24,000 bases of DNA. It comes from Devriesea agamarum (GTDB lineage Bacteria > Actinomycetota > Actinomycetes > Actinomycetales > Dermabacteraceae). Positions 8,557 through 16,541 of this stretch are shown in pieces (position 1 is the stretch's first letter; every line of letters starts with the position of its first letter). A program made the translations under genes and the position numbers. Where the stretch lies: assembly GCF_900070355.1 (NCBI RefSeq), contig NZ_LN849456.1:2652238-2676237 (forward strand), in the 5' to 3' direction. The notes beneath the pieces were generated by a model. It was not told the origin of the DNA. It saw only the letters and a list, made by a program, of their open reading frames with translations, and searched no databases.

Positions 8557-9789
8557 ATGTGTTTCGCAATTCCTGGACGCGTTCTATCGGTCGCTGACGA
8601 TGCCACCGGTAACAGGCGAGCACTTGTTGACATCGTGGGAGAACAACGCGAAGCGAGTCTCGCCTGGATACCGGACATCGAGGTCGGGGAGTGGGTAATC
8701 ATTCACGCGGGCTATGCCATGACTCGAGTGCCGCCAGAACAGGCTGAATCCATCATCGCCGATATGCAGAACCTCCACTTGCTGGCGTCAGAACATGACG
8801 AGGGCCTTAAACCAACTATTGCTGGCCGTGGACTGAGTAACAGCACAGGACGCGGGCTGAGCGTCGGTGAGGCTCGCGCGCCGATCGACGCTGACTTGGC
8901 CAATCCGCACCGGGCAGGGGAGGCGGAATGCGGTGCTGCGGATGATGACCTGCCTGATCAGCCCGCCGCGCTAGAAAATGGCCTACGCGCTGTCACACTG
9001 CTTCTTCGCGCGCCCTCTGCGCGCCGAGCACTTACCTGCGGGCCTGGAACGGCAGCGTTGGTAGCGCACGGATGGGTGCAGCTTGGCGGGTCAGTGTGTC
9101 GTGACCTCGTGCCGGTTAACGATGACAAACAACCTGACGTGCCTACAGGCAGGGACGTGCTGACGGGCGGTGAGGCTGGTGGGGATGGGGATGGTATGAA
9201 GCGTGACGATGACATGTTGAGCGCAGGTAACTTACCGCGAACCGATACACCGACTGGGCTGCACCTGCCACGGTGGTGGAGGGATGCTGCGGCCCACCTT
9301 GCGCCCGGAGACATCGTGTTCCTGGTCGGGGCTTGGCAAGGACGCGACGAGTTGCTGCGCAGGATTCCATTGCGTCGGGCGCACACAGTGTGGATCGGTT
9401 CCCGTTGTGATGCCCCGCCGCCTGACCTCGCGGATGCGCGGCTCATTCTTGATTCCTCGCCCGCAACCCTCACCTTTGACGAGGGCCTTGACCGGATTGC
9501 AGCTGAGCTGTCAGATGCTGTCGCTGATCTCCACGGGGCACTCACGCAGACGCCACAGATCACCGATGACGACCAGCCCAGCCACGGCGTCGATTATTGC
9601 GTGACCTGTTCAGATGAGGGTCGGATCGGTGAAATTTTGAGCTGCCCGTCGGAACCAGGGGATTTTGCGCGGGTCCTCACGGAGTGCGGAATTGAGGATA
9701 TAGACACCACTTTGATCGGAGCCCCGCCACCGGGAACATTGATTCTCATCCATGCCCAGCAAGCCCTGCAAACCATCACCGAAAGCTGA
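8557..9789 (+). CDS. Fusion protein: N-terminal HypC/HupF chaperone domain, degenerate SIS-like (GmhA-like) middle domain, and a C-terminal CxxC-bearing HypC-like OB domain
   Basis: Residues 1-75, MCFAIPGRVL...GEWVIIHAGYAM, form a canonical HypC domain with Cys2. Residues ~141-305 carry TCGPGTAALVAHGWVQL and GDIVFLVGAWQGRDELL...HTVWIGS, which line up with the FGNGGSAADAQH and GDVLIGISTSGNS motifs of SIS domains. Residues 345-410, DYCVTCSDEGRIGEIL...GTLILIHAQQAL, are HypC-like. GGAGAG lies 8 nt upstream of the ATG. Confidence 0.75.
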   Translation: MCFAIPGRVLSVADDATGNRRALVDIVGEQREASLAWIPDIEVGEWVIIHAGYAMTRVPPEQAESIIADMQNLHLLASEHDEGLKPTIAGRGLSNSTGRGLSVGEARAPIDADLANPHRAGEAECGAADDDLPDQPAALENGLRAVTLLLRAPSARRALTCGPGTAALVAHGWVQLGGSVCRDLVPVNDDKQPDVPTGRDVLTGGEAGGDGDGMKRDDDMLSAGNLPRTDTPTGLHLPRWWRDAAAHLAPGDIVFLVGAWQGRDELLRRIPLRRAHTVWIGSRCDAPPPDLADARLILDSSPATLTFDEGLDRIAAELSDAVADLHGALTQTPQITDDDQPSHGVDYCVTCSDEGRIGEILSCPSEPGDFARVLTECGIEDIDTTLIGAPPPGTLILIHAQQALQTITES

Positions 9790-9800
9790 CCTGAACCGAC

Positions 9801-10964
9801 ATGTGTGAACACCCCACAGGCACCGGCACCACAAAGAACACCCTGGCGACGCCCAAAAATCGGCTCAATCAGGATGAAGGTCAGGTGCGTCAGCGGATCG
9901 AGACCGTTCGTCGCCGGCGGCCACCATTGTCCGACGAGGTCATTACGCTCGCCCACGGTGCCGGAGGTAAAGCGTCGGCTGCCCTGGTTGATGCCATCTT
10001 CATGGAAACCTACGGCAATGATGTCCTGAATGGGCGAGGAGATTCCGGTCTCTTACCGTTTACCGAGCTCTGTGCCCGCAGCAACGGTGAGGGCGGTGCA
10101 TTGGCGATGTCCACCGACAGCTATGTGGTGACCCCGCTAACCTTCCCCGGAGGATCCATCGGTCACCTCGCTGTTCACGGGACCGTCAATGACCTCTCTG
10201 TCGCCGGAGCTGAGCCGATAGCACTCAGCGCCGCATTTGTGCTGGAAGAAGGCCTGCCGGTGACGACCCTTCGCGACATCGTGCGGGATATGGCCGACGC
10301 TGCCGCCGCCTGTGGTATCCGGATCATTACCGGCGACACCAAAGTGGTGGCTAAAGGCTCAGCGGACGGCCTGTTCATCACCACTGCGGGCATCGGTATG
10401 GTGCCCGCTCACCTATCTCTCGGTGCGCAGCACGTGCGCCCGGGCGACCGCATTATCGTCTCCGGCGCTATCGGCGATCACGGCATGGCGGTCATGGCAG
10501 CCCGCGGCGACCTTGCGATTCTCGCCCCGATCGCCTCAGACACCAGGCCCGTCACCCCGATGACCAAGGCCTTACTTGAGGCCGTTCCCACCACGCGGTG
10601 GATGCGCGATGCGACCCGCGGTGGCCTCGGAACTGTTGTGAACGAACTCGCAGCCGACACGGGACTCGGCGTGGCACTACACGAGGACGCCATCACGGTC
10701 CACGACATGACCCGGGGCGCATGCGACATGCTCGGGATCGACCCGCTGTACGTCGCGAACGAAGGAGTATTCGTTGCCGTCGTGCCAGAAAACCATGCGG
10801 ACGAGGCGCTCGCCGCGATTCGCAGTGTCCCAGGCGGACACGAAGCGAGCATCGCCGGACGCACAGTATCTGAACCCGCCGGCAATGTGGTGATGGTGAC
10901 CGCGTTCGGCGGTACCCGGATGGTTGACATGCTGGTAGGAGACCCTTTGCCGCGTATCTGCTGA
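9801..10964 (+). CDS. hypE: Hydrogenase maturation protein HypE (carbamoyl dehydratase). An alternative GTG start at 9885 is possible.
   Basis: N-terminal LAHGAGGKAS, AIR-synthase-like PurM fold motifs (GDTKVV), and the diagnostic C-terminal PRIC ending. ATG 9801 has no clear RBS. GTG 9885 is preceded by AGGATGAAGG. Confidence 0.9.
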   Translation: MCEHPTGTGTTKNTLATPKNRLNQDEGQVRQRIETVRRRRPPLSDEVITLAHGAGGKASAALVDAIFMETYGNDVLNGRGDSGLLPFTELCARSNGEGGALAMSTDSYVVTPLTFPGGSIGHLAVHGTVNDLSVAGAEPIALSAAFVLEEGLPVTTLRDIVRDMADAAAACGIRIITGDTKVVAKGSADGLFITTAGIGMVPAHLSLGAQHVRPGDRIIVSGAIGDHGMAVMAARGDLAILAPIASDTRPVTPMTKALLEAVPTTRWMRDATRGGLGTVVNELAADTGLGVALHEDAITVHDMTRGACDMLGIDPLYVANEGVFVAVVPENHADEALAAIRSVPGGHEASIAGRTVSEPAGNVVMVTAFGGTRMVDMLVGDPLPRIC

Positions 10965-11011
10965 TCCACAACCCCAGACCACCCGACCGCTTCGCAGCGA
11001 AGGACTCCATC

Positions 11012-11287
11012 ATGTGTCTTGGTATTCCAGCCGAAATTGTCACCATTCATCAAGATGACCCCGCGATTGCTACCGTCGCGATTTCTGGGGTAACCCGTGA
11101 TATTTCCATAGATTTAGTGGCTGACCAGTCCCCGAGCCCCGGGGATTGGGTGCTGGTCCACGTCGGTTTTGCCATGTCGCTGATAGATGAGCATGAAGCA
11201 GCGGCAACCCTCGACCAGATCAAGAAACTCGGGGGTAATACCTTCGAGGACGAATTCGACAGCTATAAAGAAAGCGCCATCCGATGA
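11012..11287 (+). CDS. hypC: Hydrogenase assembly chaperone HypC
   Basis: MCLGIPAEIV start with Cys2 and GDWVLVHVGFAM. 91 aa. GAAGGA RBS 7 nt upstream. ATGA overlap with hypD. Confidence 0.9.
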   Translation: MCLGIPAEIVTIHQDDPAIATVAISGVTRDISIDLVADQSPSPGDWVLVHVGFAMSLIDEHEAAATLDQIKKLGGNTFEDEFDSYKESAIR

Positions 11288-12429
11288 AGTACGTGGACGA
11301 GTTTCGTAACCCTCAGGCTGCTCGGGAACTTCTCCATCGGATTGATCAGCTGGCTAACCAGCTCGAACGGCCCCACGCCTTCATGGAAGTGTGCGGGGGA
11401 CATACTCACACCATTTACCGGCACGGGCTTGAACAGCTCATGCCCGCACACGTCGAATTCATTCACGGGCCAGGATGTCCCGTCTGCGTGATTCCGATGG
11501 GACGGGTCGATGATGCGCTGTGGCTGGCCCGCCAACCCGACGTTATCTTCACAACCTTCGGCGACATGATGCGGGTTCCAGGTACCCAGGGGTCACTGTT
11601 GGATGCGAAGGCATCGGGCAGCGATGTTCGCTTTGTTTATTCGCCGTTGGATGCCTTAAAGATAGCCCGCGATAACCCGGATCGAGACGTGGTGTTCTTT
11701 GCGGTGGGGTTTGAAACCACGGCCCCATCGACGGCAGTCACCATTGCTAGGGCTCGTCGGGACAACATCAAAAACTTCTCGATTTTTTGCAACCATGTGC
11801 GCATTGAACCGCCATTGCGGGCGATCCTTAATGCCGGAGATTCGCGCATCGACGGCTTTATTGGGCCGGGGCACGTGGCGACGGTCGTCGGCTCCCACGC
11901 TTTTGAGTTCGTCCCCAGCAGCTATGGGCTTCCGGTGGTGGTGACCGGGTTCGAGCCGTTGGACATTTTGCAAAGCGTTGTCATGTTGGTCGAACAGTAT
12001 GTCAGCGGCGATGTTGCCGCCGGTCGAGCTCGAGTTGAAAACCAGTACGCACGGGTGGTTCGGGATCGAGGCAATGAGGAGGCGCTCAGTCTGCTCGAGG
12101 ACGTTTTTGTTCACCGCGAAACGTTTGAATGGCGCGGGCTCGGCTTTATTGAAGACTCCGGACTCGGAATCCGGGACGAATACGCCGACTTTGACGCCGA
12201 AAAACGTTATGCCCTGCCTGGACGTCGGGTCGCGGATCCTCCCGCCTGTGAATGCGGATCGGTGCTGGTAGGCGCGATTAAACCGTGGGAATGCAAGGTT
12301 TTCGGTACCGCCTGCACCCCGCAGAAACCGATCGGCACGTGCATGGTGTCACCGGAGGGGGCGTGCGCCGCGTACTACAACTTTGGACGCCTAGATCGGG
12401 CCACGGCCCGGGCAGTGGCCCAGCAGTGA
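11284..12429 (+). CDS. hypD: Hydrogenase maturation Fe-S protein HypD
   Basis: MKYVDEFR start, CGGHTHTI, GPGCPVCV and FETTAP motifs, and the C-terminal cysteine cluster (CECG...C...C...CxxxxxxC). 381 aa. Confidence 0.95.
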   Translation: MKYVDEFRNPQAARELLHRIDQLANQLERPHAFMEVCGGHTHTIYRHGLEQLMPAHVEFIHGPGCPVCVIPMGRVDDALWLARQPDVIFTTFGDMMRVPGTQGSLLDAKASGSDVRFVYSPLDALKIARDNPDRDVVFFAVGFETTAPSTAVTIARARRDNIKNFSIFCNHVRIEPPLRAILNAGDSRIDGFIGPGHVATVVGSHAFEFVPSSYGLPVVVTGFEPLDILQSVVMLVEQYVSGDVAAGRARVENQYARVVRDRGNEEALSLLEDVFVHRETFEWRGLGFIEDSGLGIRDEYADFDAEKRYALPGRRVADPPACECGSVLVGAIKPWECKVFGTACTPQKPIGTCMVSPEGACAAYYNFGRLDRATARAVAQQ

Positions 12430-13229
12430 TTTCGGACGTGACCAGGCCACCAACCCCGGGCGAAGTGCGTTTTGCTCGGTATGCCCTCACCCCGAACGAT
12501 CTCGGCTATTGTGGCCCGCTGACGTCAGTGATCCGTGAGATTGCTACAGACCGAGCGCTCGCCGGTGGTTGGCGGAAGACCACAGTTGGCGCCGGCACCG
12601 TCCCCAAAATCCTGACAGCGTTTTCCGGAGCGGGGCTCTACCACCGCATCCTGGCTGAACTGCTGGACACAGATTGCCTCAGCGAGGACGTGGTGCAGGC
12701 GTACTGGCTGGGGGTGGGCATCGACGCCGTTGACGCAGCGAAGTTCTCGCAGCGGCTGCTTCACGAGGTGCAGACCATCGCCGGGCATTACTGGGCACAT
12801 CTCGACGAGTCACTTGCCCAGGAGGTGCGCCCGACCCATGCGTTTCACGTGTACGGCATCTACCCGTGGTCGCGGCTGCTGAGTACGGGTAGACCAGAGC
12901 CCGTCCAGGTTCTTAATTCGTGCCGTCTGCGGGTGGGACGGGTGCTGTCGGTCAATGGCGACTCGCTGATGGTCAGCACGGACACCCTGATCTATGAGGG
13001 GGATGCGGCTCACCTCGAAGCGCGCACCCCCCGCCTCCTTACCCGCGAGGAGACCCTCCAGGTCACGACCCGTCTACGGGGTATTGACCCCGGGGCGATC
13101 GTTGCCGTGCACTGGGGGGAAGCATGTGATGTCCTCACTGAGGATCAGGCGCGCGCAGTGCGCACAGCCGACGCCGTTCAGCGCGAACTTACGTCTGCCC
13201 GACTAGGCGCGGCGAAGGCCTCCTCCTGA
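12426..13229 (+). CDS. Conserved actinobacterial protein of unknown function (possibly DUF6390-like) with a HypC-like C-terminal segment; last gene of the hydrogenase operon
   Basis: I prefer the GTG at 12426, which forms a GTGA overlap with the hypD stop, over the tracked ATG 12285, which would overlap hypD by 145 nt. Motif FARYALTPNDLGYCGP sits near the N-terminus. The C-terminal GRVLSVNGDSLMV...GAIVAVHWGEACDVL resembles the HypC OB-fold pattern. Confidence 0.65.
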   Translation: MISDVTRPPTPGEVRFARYALTPNDLGYCGPLTSVIREIATDRALAGGWRKTTVGAGTVPKILTAFSGAGLYHRILAELLDTDCLSEDVVQAYWLGVGIDAVDAAKFSQRLLHEVQTIAGHYWAHLDESLAQEVRPTHAFHVYGIYPWSRLLSTGRPEPVQVLNSCRLRVGRVLSVNGDSLMVSTDTLIYEGDAAHLEARTPRLLTREETLQVTTRLRGIDPGAIVAVHWGEACDVLTEDQARAVRTADAVQRELTSARLGAAKASS

Positions 13230-13401
13230 CAGGCTTCCTGTTCCTGTTCCTGCTGCGCTGCCGCCGCATCGTGACGTGTTCAATGCACCCGCGATGCCCC
13301 GGGGGGATGCTCCTGTCCCAGAGAGCTATGCCTTGGGAAGGTTGTCGCGCCCTGAGGACTTTGAACTGGAGACACGGCGGGTCAGCAGCGGTGTGAACGG
13401 A

Positions 13402-15189
13402 TTACGAAGTGGCGTCCTGGGCCTGACCGCGTCCACCACGAGAGCGGCGGCGACGGCGCGTCGAACTCTTCGCGGAGGATTCGGACGCCGCTGCGGACAA
13501 AGCTGAGGATGCCCCGGCTGAAGTAGAGACTGCCCCGGCTGATTCTGACGCCGTTGCGGACGAGGTGGACGCAGCCTCGGATGGGGCCACGCCCGATTGT
13601 CCACTACCGCTCACCACCTCACCGGCTACGCGCTTTGTACGCGACCGGGTGCGCTGGCGGCGAGGTTTATCTGACCGAGTGGCTTCAGGATCGCGCGCCG
13701 TCGCCCCTGCGCCATCGCTGCCTCGGCGGGAACGACTGTCGCCGGAGCTTTCAGAGCGACGCGACCGCGCGCCGCGAGAGCTGCCGTCGCCCCGACGGGA
13801 CTGATCTTTACCATGACGACCCCGAGCATCGGGGCCACCAAGATCTTCAAGCCGTTCAGCGCCCAGCCCTTCACGGGTGCGCTGGTCACGCGGAAGCGTA
13901 CCCTTCGTGCCTTCCGGAATATCGAGATCGGTAAACAGGTGGGGCGACGTCGAGTAGGTTTCGGGAACCTCAGTGCTTTCCAGCCCGAGCGCACGCGCAA
14001 TCAGCGCCCACCGGGCAAGATCTTCCCAATCCACGAACGTGATCGCCGTGCCCTGCTTTCCGGCGCGGCCCGTGCGGCCCGTGCGGTGCAGGTAGGTCTT
14101 GTCATCATCTGGACAGTTGTAGTTGACCACGTGGGTGACATCGTCCACGTCAATACCGCGAGCAGCCACATCGGTGGCGATCAACACGTCGACTTTGCCG
14201 TGGCGGAACGCCCGCAGCGCCTGTTCACGGGCCCCCTGACCGAGGTCTCCATGCAGCGGAGCCGCGGCGAAACCGCGCCGTTGAAGATCCTCGGCGACAC
14301 GGTCTGCTTCGCGTTTAGTCCGGGTAAACACGATAGACAAACCACGACCGCGCGCCTGCAGCATACGGGCAAGCACCTCGATCTTGTCGAGGGCATGTGC
14401 GCGATAGACGACCTGCTTAATGTCGGCCTTCGTGCGGGAGGTGTCACCCGGATCGTGGGCTCGAATATGGGTCGGCTGTTTCATGTACCGCCGAGCCAGG
14501 GCCACGATCGGTCCGGGCATCGTGGCTGAAAACAGCATCGTCTGGCGTTCCGACGGCACCGCACCGAGCAGCTTTTCGATGTCCTCAAGGAAGCCCAGAT
14601 CGAGCATTTCGTCAGCCTCATCGAGCACAGCAATGCGCACGTGCGAAAGATCCAGGTACTTCTGACGCATGAGATCAATCAGACGACCAGGGGTTCCCAC
14701 CACAATCTCGACGCCCTCAGTGAGCGCCTCAATCTGCGGGTCGTAACTGCGTCCACCATAGACGGTGACGATTCGGATGCTGCGCCGGGATGAGGCTGCT
14801 TCGAGGTCACCCGCCACCTGAATAGCAAGTTCGCGGGTGGGCAGCACCACCAAGGCCTGCGGTTTGCCGATGGGCAGAGCTAGCGGGTTGTCCTCACCGG
14901 GACCAACCACGTTTTCCAGCATGGGAATACCGAAGCCCAAGGTTTTCCCCGTGCCGGTCTTAGCCTGGCCGATGATGTCGCGTCCGCCGAGCGCAACCGG
15001 CAGGGTCATCGACTGAATGGGGAACGGAGAGATGATGCCTTTGGCGGCGAGTGCATCGACGGTCTCGCGGCGGATCGGAAAATCCGCGAAAGTACGCTGA
15101 TCCTGCTCCGCAGGACGGGGGGAGGCGCTCACGTCATCGGCGCCGATAATGGTGGGGGTCTGTTCTGGCACTGTCCAGCCTTCTGTCAT
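13402..15189 (-). CDS. DEAD-box ATP-dependent RNA helicase (RhlE-like) with a long Arg/Ser/Gly/Ala-rich C-terminal tail
   Basis: Q-motif (FPIQ), AKTGTGKT, PTRELA, DEAD, SAT and HRTGRTGRAG motifs are present. GAAGGG RBS lies 8 nt before ATG 15189. Confidence 0.92.
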   Translation of the reverse strand: MTEGWTVPEQTPTIIGADDVSASPRPAEQDQRTFADFPIRRETVDALAAKGIISPFPIQSMTLPVALGGRDIIGQAKTGTGKTLGFGIPMLENVVGPGEDNPLALPIGKPQALVVLPTRELAIQVAGDLEAASSRRSIRIVTVYGGRSYDPQIEALTEGVEIVVGTPGRLIDLMRQKYLDLSHVRIAVLDEADEMLDLGFLEDIEKLLGAVPSERQTMLFSATMPGPIVALARRYMKQPTHIRAHDPGDTSRTKADIKQVVYRAHALDKIEVLARMLQARGRGLSIVFTRTKREADRVAEDLQRRGFAAAPLHGDLGQGAREQALRAFRHGKVDVLIATDVAARGIDVDDVTHVVNYNCPDDDKTYLHRTGRTGRAGKQGTAITFVDWEDLARWALIARALGLESTEVPETYSTSPHLFTDLDIPEGTKGTLPRDQRTREGLGAERLEDLGGPDARGRHGKDQSRRGDGSSRGARSRRSESSGDSRSRRGSDGAGATARDPEATRSDKPRRQRTRSRTKRVAGEVVSGSGQSGVAPSEAASTSSATASESAGAVSTSAGASSALSAAASESSAKSSTRRRRRSRGGRGQAQDATS

Positions 15190-15280
15190 GGATTCGACCC
15201 TTCATGCTAACCCGCGGCGTCATATAAGCCACAGGTGCGGGGGCGAGGTCACATGCGAAAGGTCACCGCAAACACGTTTT

Positions 15281-15315
15281 CGGGCCCCGCTGCACATGTA
15301 TGCAGCCGGGGCCCG
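15281..15315 (-). terminator. GC-rich hairpin (14/15-nt arms with one bulged C, 6-nt loop) between the DUF3107 gene and the helicase gene. It is a possible U-tract-less terminator or an element of the helicase mRNA leader.
   Basis: cgggccccgctgca (15281-15294), catgta, tgcagccggggcccg (15301-15315). No U-tract follows on either strand. Confidence 0.35.
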
Positions 15316-15376
15316 ATAGATCACGTGGGATGGTTCTCACCGGTAAAGCGTGAGGTGAGGACGATACGCGGGGACC

Positions 15377-15598
15377 TCAGCCGAGGAAACCGACGCGACG
15401 CGGCTGATCAGTGGAAATCTCCACGTAAGCGATCTTGGCGCCCGGAACCAGCACGGTTCGTCCCTTGCCGTCACGCAAGGTCAACGCCTCGCCAGCGGCC
15501 ATCGCACTTTCTACCCGCGGCATCACATCAGCTTCGGTTTCTTCCGATTCCACGACGATCTCTCGCGGGGAGTGCTGCACACCGATGCGGATCTCCAT
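15377..15598 (-). CDS. DUF3107 family protein (TB9.4-like small actinobacterial protein)
   Basis: MEIRIGVQHSPREIVVES...AKIAYVEISTDQPRRVGF is the pattern I know from DUF3107/TB9.4. I placed the start at ATG 15598 (AAGGAG 6 nt upstream) rather than the tracked 15637. Confidence 0.8.
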   Translation of the reverse strand: MEIRIGVQHSPREIVVESEETEADVMPRVESAMAAGEALTLRDGKGRTVLVPGAKIAYVEISTDQPRRVGFLG

Positions 15599-15770
15599 GT
15601 CGGTCTCCTTCGTTCTCGCCGGGAATAGCAGGCTCACCCTGGTCTGAGCGCGCCTGGATCTCGCTGCTTCTACGGTCTTGTGTTCTCTAGTCTCGTGCGC
15701 CGTGTATCGACACTCATCGGGTCGACGACATAGCGCGGCTAGTTTACCGTGCCGGTCAGGCGGAGCTGGA

Positions 15771-16391
15771 CTAGATCTTCCGGTTGGGATCCCGAGCGGG
15801 GTAGGCCATCAGGCCGTGCGCAATAAATGAGGCCACGACATTGGCTGCGTGTTCACGATGTGAATCGTCATCCGTGCTGTAAGCAGCTGCCGCTGCCTGC
15901 ACCAATGTGGCCAAGGTGCTGCCAAGCACTTGCGCATCAGCAGTGGGAATAACGCGGTGGGTGGTGAGCATATCGGCGATTTGCTGCGCACACCCGCGCA
16001 AAATAGAATCCACCGCCTCCACAATGCGCGGCGAAATGGAGTCTTGGCCGAAGAATAATTTGAATGTCGCACCCGGTCGAGCGACCAGGTCAACAAAGGC
16101 TTTCACGCCGCGTTCAGCCCGCTCCACGGTGGAGTGACCAGGTAAATCTGCGACCTCAGCAATAGCGTGTTGAAGCGCTTCACCGAGATCTGCGACGACC
16201 GCAAGATAAAGCTCTTCTTTTGACGTGAAATGCTGATACAACACCGGTTTTGTGACACCTGCTCCCGCTGCGATGTCATCCATTGACGTCGCGTGGTAGC
16301 CCCTTGAACCAAAATGGGAGGTGGCAACCATGAGGAGCTGCGCCCGGCGTCGGGCGCGTGGCATGCGGCGTTGGCCGGACTGTTCGGGCAC
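15771..16391 (-). CDS. TetR family transcriptional regulator
   Basis: TetR_N helix-turn-helix: GYHATSMDDIAAGAGVTKPVLYQHFTSKEELY. The preferred start is GTG 16391 (GAGGGAG, then 5 nt, then GTG), with ATG 16364 as an alternative. The first ~120 aa of the tracked 326-aa ORF look non-coding. Confidence 0.8.
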   Translation of the reverse strand: MPEQSGQRRMPRARRRAQLLMVATSHFGSRGYHATSMDDIAAGAGVTKPVLYQHFTSKEELYLAVVADLGEALQHAIAEVADLPGHSTVERAERGVKAFVDLVARPGATFKLFFGQDSISPRIVEAVDSILRGCAQQIADMLTTHRVIPTADAQVLGSTLATLVQAAAAAYSTDDDSHREHAANVVASFIAHGLMAYPARDPNRKI

Positions 16392-16439
16392 GGAAATCTC
16401 CCTCGGTGACGGAAACAAAGTCGATCGGCAGCCCAGGTT

Positions 16440-16454
16440 TGTGCCACGGGCACA
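16440..16454. promoter_or_regulatory. 15-bp palindrome TGTGCC-ACG-GGCACA in the divergent TetR/adnA intergenic region; candidate operator
   Basis: Perfect 6-3-6 inverted repeat read directly. It lies ~50 nt upstream of the TetR start and ~88 nt upstream of the adnA ATG. Confidence 0.3.
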
Positions 16455-16541
16455 GCCCGTTACCGCAGGTGGACTCGCCGACCTCCTCGTCAAAGTGTAA
16501 GGCCAACTCGAAAAGGCCGGGTGCTGTGATCGAATGGAGGC

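Noticed and set aside
12285-12425. Tracked ATG start at 12285 for the gene after hypD, which would overlap hypD by 145 nt
   Set aside because: The overlapping part (MGMQGFRYRLHPAETDRH...) looks like an out-of-frame read of hypD. A GTG at 12426 gives a classic GTGA stop/start overlap and keeps the conserved FARYAL..LGYCGP motif near the N-terminus.
13235-13252. TTCCTG x3 hexamer repeat just after the operon's last stop codon, and the ORF at 13276-13506 in the convergent intergenic region
   Set aside because: Three copies are too few to mean anything. The ORF overlaps the helicase 3' end on the opposite strand, has no RBS, and its translation is unremarkable. I could not find a convincing terminator hairpin here either.
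13230-13401. Possible island boundary or att site between the hydrogenase operon and the core block
   Set aside because: No integrase, tRNA, direct repeat pair or compositional break is visible in the window. This cannot be supported from the sequence alone.
15599-15637. Tracked start at 15637 for the DUF3107 gene
   Set aside because: The family consensus starts at MEIRIGV. AAGGAG lies 6 nt upstream of ATG 15598 and would fall inside the longer ORF.
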